Origin: a virus
Taxonomy: Duplodnaviria; Caudoviricetes
Virus record (IMG/VR): IMGVR_UViG_3300042558_004043
Direction: 5' to 3' (one strand)
Length of the DNA: 64,000 nt
The first letter of the stretch is position 1; each line of letters opens with the position of its first letter. Both the position numbers and the translations under genes were made by a program. Under the pieces are notes generated by a model. It was not told the DNA's origin and did no database searches. It saw nothing but the letters and a program-made list of their open reading frames with translations. Positions 19,288 through 28,707 of the stretch are shown piece after piece.

Positions 19288-19731
19288 CAATTTTCCACCT
19301 ACAACCCTATTCTTTTTTGCTATATTTAAGTTAGACCACTCCTTATTACCGGTTATTTCTTCACCACAATAGTCAGGGATATTGACAATCCCAATTTCAT
19401 ACTCTATTTCGGCAGATGTTCTTCCATCGGGATAAACATCAATATCAACCTTATTACCTTCAAATGTGGTTTTATATCTTGTTTTTTCAAGTTTTATATC
19501 GGTAGATTGATACAAGTGGTGGGCATCCTGTACCGGAATTTCATATTCATACTCAGACTTTGTTGTTTTATCAATCTTAACTTTGTAAGCAACGTACGCC
19601 TCTTTATCATCAATGATTCTAACCCTGAATTGTTTTTTCTTATCAAACATGAGGTATGCTTGTTTGATATGAATTGGGGTTAGACCTTCAGGTAGATATT
19701 TGAGTCTGAATTTACGTTCTCTTTCAATCAT
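19270..19731 (-). CDS. CYTH domain protein
   Basis: IERERKF (ExExK), IKQAY, RVRI, EYEYEI, KTRY and AEIE motifs. Confidence 0.88.
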   Translation of the reverse strand: MIERERKFRLKYLPEGLTPIHIKQAYLMFDKKKQFRVRIIDDKEAYVAYKVKIDKTTKSEYEYEIPVQDAHHLYQSTDIKLEKTRYKTTFEGNKVDIDVYPDGRTSAEIEYEIGIVNIPDYCGEEITGNKEWSNLNIAKKNRVVGGKLKKGVR

Positions 19732-19997
19732 CGGTATTTGTTATAAAGGGTTTCAATAGTTTCAAGGTCTTCAATTGACATCTGATGATATTTGTCAGAT
19801 AACAATAACATTTTGTCACCAAATTCAATTTCATTTGAAGTCATCTTTGAATCATCCTTTACTTTGTTACGACCCAAATGACCCATCTCTGCAAGATAAC
19901 TAATCAGTAATTGAATTTCTCTATTGGAGCAAGACTCAACAAATTCATCAAATTCAATGTCAACATCAACATCGACATTAGTGTAAACGGTTGCCAT
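19728..19997 (-). CDS. Hypothetical protein
   Basis: 89 aa ORF overlapping the CYTH start; TAnnTTTG upstream. Confidence 0.75.
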   Translation of the reverse strand: MATVYTNVDVDVDIEFDEFVESCSNREIQLLISYLAEMGHLGRNKVKDDSKMTSNEIEFGDKMLLLSDKYHQMSIEDLETIETLYNKYR

Positions 19998-20140
19998 AAT
20001 TATTTATTTTTTTCGGTTTTAATGATGATAACACAAACTAAGAACAAATATACGTAAAAAGATATAATTGCCAAAGCGAGATATAAATTTTCATTTGATG
20101 TCATCAAACAAAGTTAAATGAAAAAAACCAAATGGTCAAA

Positions 20141-20473
20141 TTACTGGGGAATAATGTCTGAACAAATATCTAACAAATTGTCAAGACTAATTTTGATATC
20201 CTCAGACTCCAACTTGTTAAGTATTCTTTTTAAACCTAAACCGATTACAAAGTGGTCTAATCCCCCAAGTGCAATGGTTCCGATGAAACCAAACGCCCAA
20301 AAGGCTAATGGCCAAGATTGACCCATAAGTGCGATTGAAAATACCGCAATGAATGATATCAAAAATGATGATTTCAGAATTTTTTTATTTCTATTCATCC
20401 ATCTGTATATTCCCAAATCGAAATAGTTATCGTGGAATACTTTTTTAATTCTGTTAATTTCTAATTGTGTCAT
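20141..20473 (-). CDS. Membrane protein
   Basis: Two TM segments. Confidence 0.7.
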   Translation of the reverse strand: MTQLEINRIKKVFHDNYFDLGIYRWMNRNKKILKSSFLISFIAVFSIALMGQSWPLAFWAFGFIGTIALGGLDHFVIGLGLKRILNKLESEDIKISLDNLLDICSDIIPQ

Positions 20474-20477
20474 AGTA

Positions 20478-20990
20478 TTAATCATTTATATAGTTATCTG
20501 GTATAACCTCTAAAACTTCTCTATCACTTACTCCACCTCCTAATAATTGAAATATCTGACCATTTATTTGGTCTACGTGAATCCAAATTTGTTTCATATT
20601 TAATTTACTGTCATTAAAACTTCCAACCTCAGACCCCATATCAGTAAGATAATCAAATAACCAAGACAATAAAATTTGTTTTTCTCTACTCTCTGTTAAT
20701 TCAGGTATTATAACATTAACAGTTGCATCATAATGGTCTGGCATTTCTTCATCAAGTACTTGAAGTTCAGTTATAATAAATGGTAATTCAAACGGAATCA
20801 TAATTTCATCCTCATCTGCCGCTGAACAATAAAGATAACCACCAAGTTTGGACTGTACCATTGCTTGTAGGTAAGGATATTTTTTGGTAATATCTAATAA
20901 TTCATCTATACCACCAAAATATTTTGCAATGTCAAAAATATCTTGGCCTTTATCCATCATTGATATTATGGTTTCAGAAACTCTACTCAT
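20478..20990 (-). CDS. Hypothetical protein
   Basis: 170 aa; N-terminus similar to 21712..22134 and 56633..57235. Confidence 0.75.
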   Translation of the reverse strand: MSRVSETIISMMDKGQDIFDIAKYFGGIDELLDITKKYPYLQAMVQSKLGGYLYCSAADEDEIMIPFELPFIITELQVLDEEMPDHYDATVNVIIPELTESREKQILLSWLFDYLTDMGSEVGSFNDSKLNMKQIWIHVDQINGQIFQLLGGGVSDREVLEVIPDNYIND

Positions 20991-21038
20991 AATTTATAAA
21001 TATAAATAGTATGAGATATTTATAATAAAATTAAAGTC

Positions 21039-21314
21039 ATGGATTGGATATTATTTTTAACAGTCATTTGGAAGACATGGAAATATCATATGGGTATGTG
21101 TCTATTGATATTCATCGGTTATTTAATGAACGAGTTTGGTTTTTGGGAGGATGAGTATAGTTTATTCTATACATACGGGTTTGTTAGTTTGATTATTCCT
21201 GCCATTGTTGTTGTACCAATGATACTAATGGTTATGGATTCATATAAACATTACTTAGGGGTTAAAAAATATTATCCAAACGGATACATCAATAGAGATA
21301 AAACCAAGAAATAA
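21039..21314 (+). CDS. Membrane protein
   Basis: Hydrophobic helices. Confidence 0.7.
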   Translation: MDWILFLTVIWKTWKYHMGMCLLIFIGYLMNEFGFWEDEYSLFYTYGFVSLIIPAIVVVPMILMVMDSYKHYLGVKKYYPNGYINRDKTKK

Positions 21315-21715
21315 TGTTACTTAACGCTTTTATTTTTTTAGTTTTTGCAGGTATAACCAAAGGTTTTTTGGATTATTATGCCGACTCAGGTATTAAAGAA
21401 AATGAGTGGAGAAACAAATATAAAATATCCGAACACGGTGATTTAATTAAGACTGAGGATATAAAACATTGGTGGTATTTAGGTTTATATAAACCAAGAT
21501 TCGCAGAAAGATTCCCATTCAGTACAACAATATTGGTCGCTTTCACAGATAGATGGCACTTGGCCCAATTAATTATGTTAAGATTCTTTTATTTGGCCGT
21601 AGCAATAGGAGTAAGTAATAGTATATGGTGGGAATTATTATTATCATTCGTTGTATTCCCAATGGTGATAGGGGTGTTCTTTGATTTTACCTATTGTAAA
21701 CTTAAAAAGAAATGA
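21314..21715 (+). CDS. Membrane protein
   Basis: Three hydrophobic segments; FTDRWH motif. Confidence 0.75.
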   Translation: MLLNAFIFLVFAGITKGFLDYYADSGIKENEWRNKYKISEHGDLIKTEDIKHWWYLGLYKPRFAERFPFSTTILVAFTDRWHLAQLIMLRFFYLAVAIGVSNSIWWELLLSFVVFPMVIGVFFDFTYCKLKKK

Positions 21716-22134
21716 AATTTATAATAAAAGAAAGTAAGTTTAAAGAAACTATTATTGATAATATAGACAAAAATGGTCTATTAGATACACTTACTGTTAC
21801 AAATATGAGTTTTACCAAATTGTTCTCAATGATTGGTATGGATTTTCTAACCAACAAAGTAATGATTAATTTTATTAGAGATTTTATAAAAGATTATGGA
21901 GTTTTTTCAGTTCACGATATAGGTGAAGACCCAATTCCATATAATAAAACGGGTGATGAATATAGAGAAATATCATATTTTTCAAAACAATATGTATATG
22001 TTGATGTTTATAGTGGAAATAACAATTTGGGTAATTTCAAAGTACATTATGAAAATTTATCTGATGATATACTGACGGAAGTCTTTGATTTAGTTATGGA
22101 AGCATATGAGAATGGAAAATTTAACAACATATGA
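21712..22134 (+). CDS. Leader-type hypothetical protein (MKFIIKESK)
   Basis: 140 aa ORF. Confidence 0.75.
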   Translation: MKFIIKESKFKETIIDNIDKNGLLDTLTVTNMSFTKLFSMIGMDFLTNKVMINFIRDFIKDYGVFSVHDIGEDPIPYNKTGDEYREISYFSKQYVYVDVYSGNNNLGNFKVHYENLSDDILTEVFDLVMEAYENGKFNNI

Positions 22135-22460
22135 TTCTCAACAATAAAATATTAAATAAACTTATAAACTCGGATTATATCAAAAAGATATATCCGATGA
22201 TTGACCGTATTGATACAAGAATGTTTTGGGATGGTGATGAAGAACTTCCATTTTACGACATTGAATTGGAAGTACATTTAAATGACCCTGACATAACAAC
22301 TTTCAATATGTATGAAAAAGGGTTTGACCCACATAATTTAATTAATGAACATATGATGTTCATACTTAAAATGGCGGGAATTGATAAGAATACGTCAATA
22401 ATAGAACAAGTTTATATTAAGGTATTAGGCCCTGACGGAGAAAAAATATTCACGTATTAA
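22131..22460 (+). CDS. Hypothetical protein
   Basis: 109 aa; IKKIYPMID motif. Confidence 0.75.
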   Translation: MILNNKILNKLINSDYIKKIYPMIDRIDTRMFWDGDEELPFYDIELEVHLNDPDITTFNMYEKGFDPHNLINEHMMFILKMAGIDKNTSIIEQVYIKVLGPDGEKIFTY

Positions 22461-22819
22461 TATACTGGTGTGTTTCTTCTTTTAGGGTATACTGATATCT
22501 CATCGATATCAACCTCAAACTTCTCACTAAACCAATCGGCAACAATATCAACAACCTTTGATTCTCTGATATTAATTAATTGTCTTAAAGTATCGACAAT
22601 ATCGGGATGGATATGTAACATACCAACACCATAATGAGGACTATCGTCATCAGATACACCAGGTCCGTAATAAAAATACTTAATATTATTAAGTTCTAAT
22701 CTGTAAGCGTCGGGATTATGCGGGTTAACTTCCTTTTTAGGTGTTATATCCTCAAACATACTATCCAAATATTTGTAGACAATATTATGAAGTTGAGTTT
22801 GTGTTATTATATATCTCAT
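22457..22819 (-). CDS. Cassette-array protein (MRYIITQTQ)
   Basis: Shared leader and WFSEKF C-terminal helix. Confidence 0.8.
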   Translation of the reverse strand: MRYIITQTQLHNIVYKYLDSMFEDITPKKEVNPHNPDAYRLELNNIKYFYYGPGVSDDDSPHYGVGMLHIHPDIVDTLRQLINIRESKVVDIVADWFSEKFEVDIDEISVYPKRRNTPVY

Positions 22820-22820
22820 A

Positions 22821-23126
22821 TTATGTCAACGAGTTTATTATTAAATGATATTCTTCTTTTAAGTAACGAGCCATCATGTCTGAAAATAAGCCTATCCCAA
22901 TGTCAAATATTTCCCACTCATTACCAAAATATTCTCCATTGAAATAGTAATTATTGTCATCTTCATAATTAGCAGTACCGACTAATAACTCACCATCACT
23001 ACCAAATAATCCTTTCCATTCTTCACCCCCATAATCTCGTATACCCAATTTTGAATTCTTGAATCTTGAATCAAAAAACGGTTTCATTAGTCTGTAAAGT
23101 TGTTCTTGGTTTAAAAGGTATTCCAT
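22821..23126 (-). CDS. Cassette-array protein, divergent (MEYLLNQEQ)
   Basis: Own TATTTAT at 23132. Confidence 0.75.
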   Translation of the reverse strand: MEYLLNQEQLYRLMKPFFDSRFKNSKLGIRDYGGEEWKGLFGSDGELLVGTANYEDDNNYYFNGEYFGNEWEIFDIGIGLFSDMMARYLKEEYHLIINSLT

Positions 23127-23138
23127 ATCGTATAAATA

Positions 23139-23456
23139 TTAACCAGCACCGTAATCTGAGGAGGGGTACTTAATTTCAATACCTATTTTATTTCCAACCC
23201 AATCGGAAATTATATTCAAAGATGTATACAAATCTAGAGAAAAGAATTCCGCAACTTCGGTTAGAATATCTGAACTTATAAAACAATCTTCACTCATGAA
23301 AAAATACGCAATTTTTGCATATTGATTGTCTTTATAACTACGTTCAGATTCAAAGAAATAATGACCTCCACCATCTTCACGATGATAAAAGTCCTGAGCA
23401 TCAAGATAGTCAAATATGATATTGTCAAGCTGTGATTCGGTGATTAGATATTTCAT
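23139..23456 (-). CDS. Cassette-array protein (MKYLITESQ)
   Basis: Paralog of its neighbours. Confidence 0.85.
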   Translation of the reverse strand: MKYLITESQLDNIIFDYLDAQDFYHREDGGGHYFFESERSYKDNQYAKIAYFFMSEDCFISSDILTEVAEFFSLDLYTSLNIISDWVGNKIGIEIKYPSSDYGAG

Positions 23457-23457
23457 A

Positions 23458-23841
23458 TTAAGAGATATTAGCGTTTCTCACATCAAATACTTTATATTCG
23501 GGGAACACAACATTAAAGGCGTCTGACATTAAATATTTACCGTGAACGTACCAAAAAGGATGGGGAAGTATCTTTTCAAAAAAGTCACCAAATTCTCTAC
23601 TATAATATAATTCACCTGTCATACCATCCTCATATATAACAAAAACACATATTGTTCCACCATTAGAATTGGATATGAAAATTCTATTATTTTCATTATC
23701 ATATGAATCAAATTGGTCAACAATGTAAGGAATAATTTTATCCTTTATCTTATTATATTGTTCCTCATATTCAAAATCTCTCCAATCCCTTTCAAGTTCG
23801 GAGATAAGTTTTAGTTGTGATTCTTTGATTATATATTTCAT
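23458..23841 (-). CDS. Cassette-array protein, divergent (MKYIIKESQLKLISE)
   Basis: Start adjusted. Confidence 0.8.
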   Translation of the reverse strand: MKYIIKESQLKLISELERDWRDFEYEEQYNKIKDKIIPYIVDQFDSYDNENNRIFISNSNGGTICVFVIYEDGMTGELYYSREFGDFFEKILPHPFWYVHGKYLMSDAFNVVFPEYKVFDVRNANIS

Positions 23842-23845
23842 GTTC

Positions 23846-24157
23846 TTAAAAATAATATACAACTATATCTGATTGGACATCAACCGCTCCGTAATGTGTT
23901 CCAGTTTTACTCTCAACCCACTTAGAAATTGCGGAAATGGAGTCAATATTACTTAAAGAAAAGAAAGAGGCAATTTCGTCCATTAATTTTCTATCAATCG
24001 TACACCAATAACTATTGAATTTAATCTGAGCATATTCATCTTTCTCTGAATTAAGGAAATAACCGTTTATTCCATACTCCATATAAACAAAATCCTGATT
24101 ATCCAAGTACTTAAAGATTACTTTATCAATCTGAGATTCGGTTATTAGGTATTTCAT
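23846..24157 (-). CDS. Cassette-array protein (MKYLITESQIDKVIFKYLDNQDF)
   Basis: Paralog. Confidence 0.85.
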   Translation of the reverse strand: MKYLITESQIDKVIFKYLDNQDFVYMEYGINGYFLNSEKDEYAQIKFNSYWCTIDRKLMDEIASFFSLSNIDSISAISKWVESKTGTHYGAVDVQSDIVVYYF

Positions 24158-24181
24158 ATGATTATAAATATTAATTACTAT

Positions 24182-24487
24182 CTATCTAATTATAATTTCT
24201 TTAACTCTTCTACCCAAAGTATTTTCAACCCATCTGGCGATAACATATTTAGAACTATCAAATTCCATAGAGAAGAATTCAGCAATCTCATCAATTAACT
24301 CAAAACTCATAACACACTCACCACCACTTCTATAGTGTTGGATTAATCCGCCCGAAAATTCATCATTTTCTGAATTAACGAAGTAAGTTATATTATCACC
24401 AGCCATTCTCTTAATAATAAAGTCCTGATTATCCAAATACTTAAAGATAACCTTGTCAATTTGTGATTCGGTGATTAGATATTTCAT
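24182..24487 (-). CDS. Cassette-array protein
   Basis: First 23 aa identical to 23846..24157. Confidence 0.85.
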   Translation of the reverse strand: MKYLITESQIDKVIFKYLDNQDFIIKRMAGDNITYFVNSENDEFSGGLIQHYRSGGECVMSFELIDEIAEFFSMEFDSSKYVIARWVENTLGRRVKEIIIR

Positions 24488-24510
24488 ATGATTATAAATA
24501 TAAGGTATTA

Positions 24511-24828
24511 CTATCTAACGTGTACTTCCTTAACTCTTTCATCCAAAGTATGTTCAACCCATCTACCAATAACATATTTTGAATCATTAAAGTCCATAGA
24601 GAAGAATTTGGCGACCTCATCAATCAATTCAAAATTTATAAAACACTCTCCATCTCTATAGAAATTAATTATTGAGTCGGTTCGTAAGTCACTTTCAGAA
24701 TTAAGAAAGTGAATTATATTGCTAACCCCAAAAGAAGTTTTAACTGATTTTCTTATAATAAAGTCCTGATTATCAAGGTACTTAAAAACAACATTATCAA
24801 GTTTAGATTCGGTGATAAGATATTTCAT
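24511..24828 (-). CDS. Cassette-array protein
   Basis: MKYLITESKLDNVVFKYLDNQDF. Confidence 0.85.
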   Translation of the reverse strand: MKYLITESKLDNVVFKYLDNQDFIIRKSVKTSFGVSNIIHFLNSESDLRTDSIINFYRDGECFINFELIDEVAKFFSMDFNDSKYVIGRWVEHTLDERVKEVHVR

Positions 24829-24840
24829 ATGATATAAATA

Positions 24841-25170
24841 TTAGTTAGGAGTTCTTAAAGAAGAAACCATATCTTCAGTGACAAAGAATATGTTGGTAAC
24901 CTTCATTTTTAAAGTATTTTCAACCCACTTACCAATAACTTTTTTAGAATTAGATTCTCTCAGAGAAAAGAAGGAAGAAATTTCGTTAACTAATTTATAA
25001 GATATAAAACACCACTCATCATTTTCATCATATCTAATCTGAGCATATTCATCACTTTCGGAATTAACAAAAAATAAACTAATACTATCGCCGACCACGA
25101 CAAAGTCCTGATTATCCAAATACTTAAATATTACATTATCAATCTGTGATTCGGTGATAAGATATTTCAT
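24841..25170 (-). CDS. Cassette-array protein
   Basis: Paralog. Confidence 0.85.
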   Translation of the reverse strand: MKYLITESQIDNVIFKYLDNQDFVVVGDSISLFFVNSESDEYAQIRYDENDEWCFISYKLVNEISSFFSLRESNSKKVIGKWVENTLKMKVTNIFFVTEDMVSSLRTPN

Positions 25171-25182
25171 ATGATATAAATA

Positions 25183-25518
25183 TTAATTATAATAGGGTAT
25201 TCTCAACGCAAACCACTTCGTGTTGTTGCGCCATTCGGTGTTTGTGACCTTCATTTGTAGTCTATTTTCAACCCATCTACCTATAACTGGTTCAGAATCA
25301 TAATGTGACATAGAAAAGAAGGTGGAAATTTCTTCAATTAATTTATAATGTACATAACACCAATTATCATTTTTATCATATTTAATTTGAGCGTATACAT
25401 CATTCACTGAGTTCACGAAGTATATTTTTTCATCAAAGTTAATCTGAATAAAATCTTGGTTATCCAAATACTTAAAAACAACATTATCAAGTTTAGATTC
25501 GGTGATAAGATATTTCAT
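25183..25518 (-). CDS. Cassette-array protein
   Basis: First 23 aa identical to 24511..24828. Confidence 0.85.
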   Translation of the reverse strand: MKYLITESKLDNVVFKYLDNQDFIQINFDEKIYFVNSVNDVYAQIKYDKNDNWCYVHYKLIEEISTFFSMSHYDSEPVIGRWVENRLQMKVTNTEWRNNTKWFALRIPYYN

Positions 25519-25880
25519 TCGGTTATAACTATTAATCTGTGATAGTTGTTAGCATCTCCGGCGTTTTCAATTCTACCAACTTTAATACTCAAAGTATTAC
25601 TAACCCACACTCTGATTATGTCCAAAGAATCTAATTTATCAATGGAGAAGAAGTCACATAACTCCTCAATCAAATCATAATTTACATACACCCAATTCTT
25701 AACTTCACCAATGGCGTCGTTTACATAAACACTAATCTGTGACATCCCATCCGACTCACTATTTAAGAAATATATATAATTGTTTTTTTTCTTCTTGTTG
25801 TTATATATCACAAAGTCCTGATTATCCAAGTACTGAAGGATAACACTGTCCAATTTAGATTCGGTGATTAAGTATTTCAT
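25515..25880 (-). CDS. Cassette-array protein
   Basis: Paralog. Confidence 0.85.
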   Translation of the reverse strand: MKYLITESKLDSVILQYLDNQDFVIYNNKKKKNNYIYFLNSESDGMSQISVYVNDAIGEVKNWVYVNYDLIEELCDFFSIDKLDSLDIIRVWVSNTLSIKVGRIENAGDANNYHRLIVITE

Positions 25881-25892
25881 ATGATATAAATA

Positions 25893-26225
25893 TTAATTAT
25901 ACCATGGCATTCTCAAAGCCATAAAATTGTCCAAAACAAAACCAAATCTTTTGACCTCCATGTTTATTGAATTCTCAATCCATTTAACAATAATTTTCTC
26001 AGATTCAGAATTTTGTAATGAAAAGAAGGCAGAAATTTCAGTTAATAAATCGTAAGATATATAACACTTTCCATCATTTTTATCATATCTAATTTGAGCA
26101 TATTCATCATCCTTTGAGTTCATGAAGTATATGTTTTTAGGAGCGTTAATCTGAATAAAATCTTGGTTATCCAAATACATGGTTGCAAGCTTATCGATTT
26201 GTGATTCTGTTATTAGATATTTCAT
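25893..26225 (-). CDS. Cassette-array protein
   Basis: Likely start MKYLITESQ at 26225; the track start at 26348 runs through a promoter and terminator. Confidence 0.85.
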   Translation of the reverse strand: MKYLITESQIDKLATMYLDNQDFIQINAPKNIYFMNSKDDEYAQIRYDKNDGKCYISYDLLTEISAFFSLQNSESEKIIVKWIENSINMEVKRFGFVLDNFMALRMPWYN

Positions 26226-26310
26226 ATGATATAAATATAATAATGCAACAAAATATCCACCTTTACTTAACGGGGGGAATTTATTATAATTAAAATAAAA
26301 ATATATACAA

Positions 26311-26940
26311 ATGAATATAATCGAATCGTTGCAGTGGAGATACGCCACAAAGAAAATGAATGGGGAGAAAATCCCACAGGATAAATTAGATAGAATATTA
26401 GAGGCAACAAGACTGGCCCCGAGTTCATACGGACTAACACCATATAATGTAATCGTGGTGGAGAACCAAGAACTAAAGGAACAACTTGTTTCAGCATGTT
26501 ATGGTCAGACACAACTGGCAGATTCATCAGCGGTATTAGTATTTGCAACATGGGACACAATCAATGAAGAATCGGTGGATAAGTATATGAATGAAATTAC
26601 CACCCAAAGAAACATCGGTATGGATATGTTAGCCGACTTCAATGGTATGGTTAAAGGAACACTCTCATATATGAATGAAGAACAGAAAACCACATGGGCT
26701 CAGAAACAAACATATATAGGTTTAGGTTTCGCATTAGTAACGGCAGCACTCGAAGAAGTAGACTCAACTCCAATGGAGGGATTCGTTCCAGCACAAGTAG
26801 ATGAAATATTAGGTCTTAAAGAGTTAGGTCTAAAGTCATCCGTACTTCTTACATTAGGATATAGAGATTCAGACAATGATTACCTATCGTCAATGAAGAA
26901 AGTAAGATGGGATAATGAGATGTTCTTTATTAGAAAATAA
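26311..26940 (+). CDS. NAD(P)H-dependent nitroreductase family protein
   Basis: WRYATKK, LAPSSYGLTP and DSTPMEGF motifs; C-terminal KVR. Confidence 0.93.
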   Translation: MNIIESLQWRYATKKMNGEKIPQDKLDRILEATRLAPSSYGLTPYNVIVVENQELKEQLVSACYGQTQLADSSAVLVFATWDTINEESVDKYMNEITTQRNIGMDMLADFNGMVKGTLSYMNEEQKTTWAQKQTYIGLGFALVTAALEEVDSTPMEGFVPAQVDEILGLKELGLKSSVLLTLGYRDSDNDYLSSMKKVRWDNEMFFIRK

Positions 26941-26964
26941 TATAATATACTCACTCACTACAAT

Positions 26965-26990
26965 GGGGACTCCTAAAGGGTCCCCTTTTT
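26965..26990 (+). terminator. Intrinsic terminator
   Basis: GGGGAC-TCCTAAAGG-GTCCCC-T5. Confidence 0.8.
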
Positions 26991-26999
26991 CGTTCATTC

Positions 27000-27660
27000 G
27001 TACATTATATTATTTCCCCCCATTTATGTAAGGTCCCCCACTAACGAAGGACACAATGTATAGGACATTTTTATACCCGTTAAGGTATAATATGTGAGAT
27101 GTATAAGAATATATACCCTATCGGGTATTGTTTTATACTATATGGTATTATACTAATGAGTATAATTTTGGTGTGTGATTATGGGGGAGACAACAGGTCA
27201 TCTATGACCACGACTTCTCCCACATTTTCTTAACCTAAAGGTTAAGTTTTACCACACATACTATTGTCCATATGTAAGGTGTCTATTACGAAGGGGAATA
27301 TAATACCCCACTAAAGTGGTCTCGTTGAAGGTCTATTTAGTCAGTCTCCTAACACACTACGTGTTCAACCGCTGTATGGGGATTAATAGACATTTTTTGC
27401 TGGGTTTTATCCATAGTAAAAAAAATAGTGTTCCTGACTACTACAGAGGGGAAAAATCCCCTTTCTTATACCCTACATGACCATTAGTGGTGGTAAATTG
27501 TGGTAAGACATGGTGGTAAAAGGTGGGAGAAAAGTGGTGAAGGGGATTATCCCCATCTTAACGTTCACCTGACATTTTGACAAAATCAAGTTTTTTAACA
27601 CATTTAACAATAAAAAAATGGACCTGACACACTGTCAGTCCCCATCCCACTTGACAAATT
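27000..27660. other. Non-coding, hairpin/palindrome-dense region (origin-like or structured RNA)
   Basis: About 10 short inverted repeats, GTGGTAA-like repeats and CTGACA palindromes; no ORF in the track. Confidence 0.55.
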
Positions 27661-27673
27661 ACTATATGTTGTT

Positions 27674-27991
27674 ATGTTTATTTATATGTACTTAAACAAG
27701 TTTTCAACAAGTGTGGAAAAAAAAGGTGATGACTTCATTGTGAATTATGAAGACAACACTCACTACGGACATTGTATATACAGGACAATGGAACTTACGG
27801 GAAATAAGAAACCCATCCGTCAGTCAGTACTCTTAATGACTCACTGTCAGATGGGGGGAATTATTGATTCGATTAATAATCAAACTCCACTTACAGAAGA
27901 AGACCACGATGGTCTCTCCAAAGAAATACGGGAACACTCACTACAGACTCTGACTACTTGGCTCTCAGGTCGGACAGAAGATAACGATTAA
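27674..27991 (+). CDS. Hypothetical protein
   Basis: 105 aa; TTGACA at 27651 upstream. Confidence 0.6.
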   Translation: MFIYMYLNKFSTSVEKKGDDFIVNYEDNTHYGHCIYRTMELTGNKKPIRQSVLLMTHCQMGGIIDSINNQTPLTEEDHDGLSKEIREHSLQTLTTWLSGRTEDND

Positions 27992-28349
27992 ACTTCTTCT
28001 CCACCATTCTTGCCTCAACCTCAAAGGGGTTGTCCCAATAACCATGTGTAATAAGAGCGGGGATATACTTTGTGCGAACAGGTTGTAAGTAGTGAGTATA
28101 TTCATGAATGAAGGTGGAGGTTAATCGACCAACAGTCGTACACTCACCAAGAGATACGTGGATGTGATTATTGATGGGGCAATAAAAACCATAGAACCCA
28201 TCTTCCTCTTTTCCAAAAGAATATGTAAGGTCAGAACGTTTACGGTTGTTCACCCCCATGTTTTCATAACACCAATTAGCACAGAATCGAAGAACTTTCT
28301 TGATTTGTTTCTTGGTTAAGGTTGAGGTGGGTGTCTTTGCGTATATCAT
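27954..28349 (-). CDS. Zincin-like metallopeptidase domain protein
   Basis: FIHEYTHYLQ (HExxH)...NPFEVEAR; start moved to MIYAK. Confidence 0.75.
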   Translation of the reverse strand: MIYAKTPTSTLTKKQIKKVLRFCANWCYENMGVNNRKRSDLTYSFGKEEDGFYGFYCPINNHIHVSLGECTTVGRLTSTFIHEYTHYLQPVRTKYIPALITHGYWDNPFEVEARMVEKKFNRYLLSDLRAK

Positions 28350-28707
28350 TCTTTTTCTTTTTATAGGTGAACTTATGAACTCGTGAACTTTGGATACCAT
28401 AGAACTTAAGCATGGTATGTAGAAGATTGGTGGGGAAGAAATAGTACATATTGTTATTCCTTCTTCGGGTAATGGCCGTCTTGGTATACCAACCATTCTC
28501 TGCCATTCTCATGTACCTTGGATTATCCTCGGTGATATCAACTTCAATATTGATTCTTGCCCAAGCAATCTCCCCATCATTATGAGGGTATGACATCTCA
28601 TGAATGGAGATAAACCTAATGGTCCCTTTCATACCATCACATTCAAAGGGAAATAACTTCTTCCCCATTGTCTTTCTAATAATAGTGGTGAGTCGTTTGT
28701 TATCCAT
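28276..28707 (-). CDS. Hypothetical protein
   Basis: ATG lies 4 nt after TATATTTG (28712-28719, minus strand). Confidence 0.7.
   Translation of the reverse strand: MDNKRLTTIIRKTMGKKLFPFECDGMKGTIRFISIHEMSYPHNDGEIAWARINIEVDITEDNPRYMRMAENGWYTKTAITRRRNNNMYYFFPTNLLHTMLKFYGIQSSRVHKFTYKKKKNDIRKDTHLNLNQETNQESSSILC

Larger units (their letters stand above)
23139..26237 (-). repeat. Dispersed ~80 bp near-identical 5' cassette (TATTTAT + ATG + leader coding sequence)
   Basis: On + it reads GTCCTGATTATCCAA(A/G)TACTTAAA...GATTCGGT(G/T)AT(T/A)AGATATTTCATATGAT(T)ATAAATA, at the start of each array gene. Confidence 0.85.

Noticed and set aside
22457-26237. Diversity-generating retroelement explaining array or linker variability
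   Set aside because: No reverse transcriptase or TR/VR pair was seen, and differences are not confined to adenine positions
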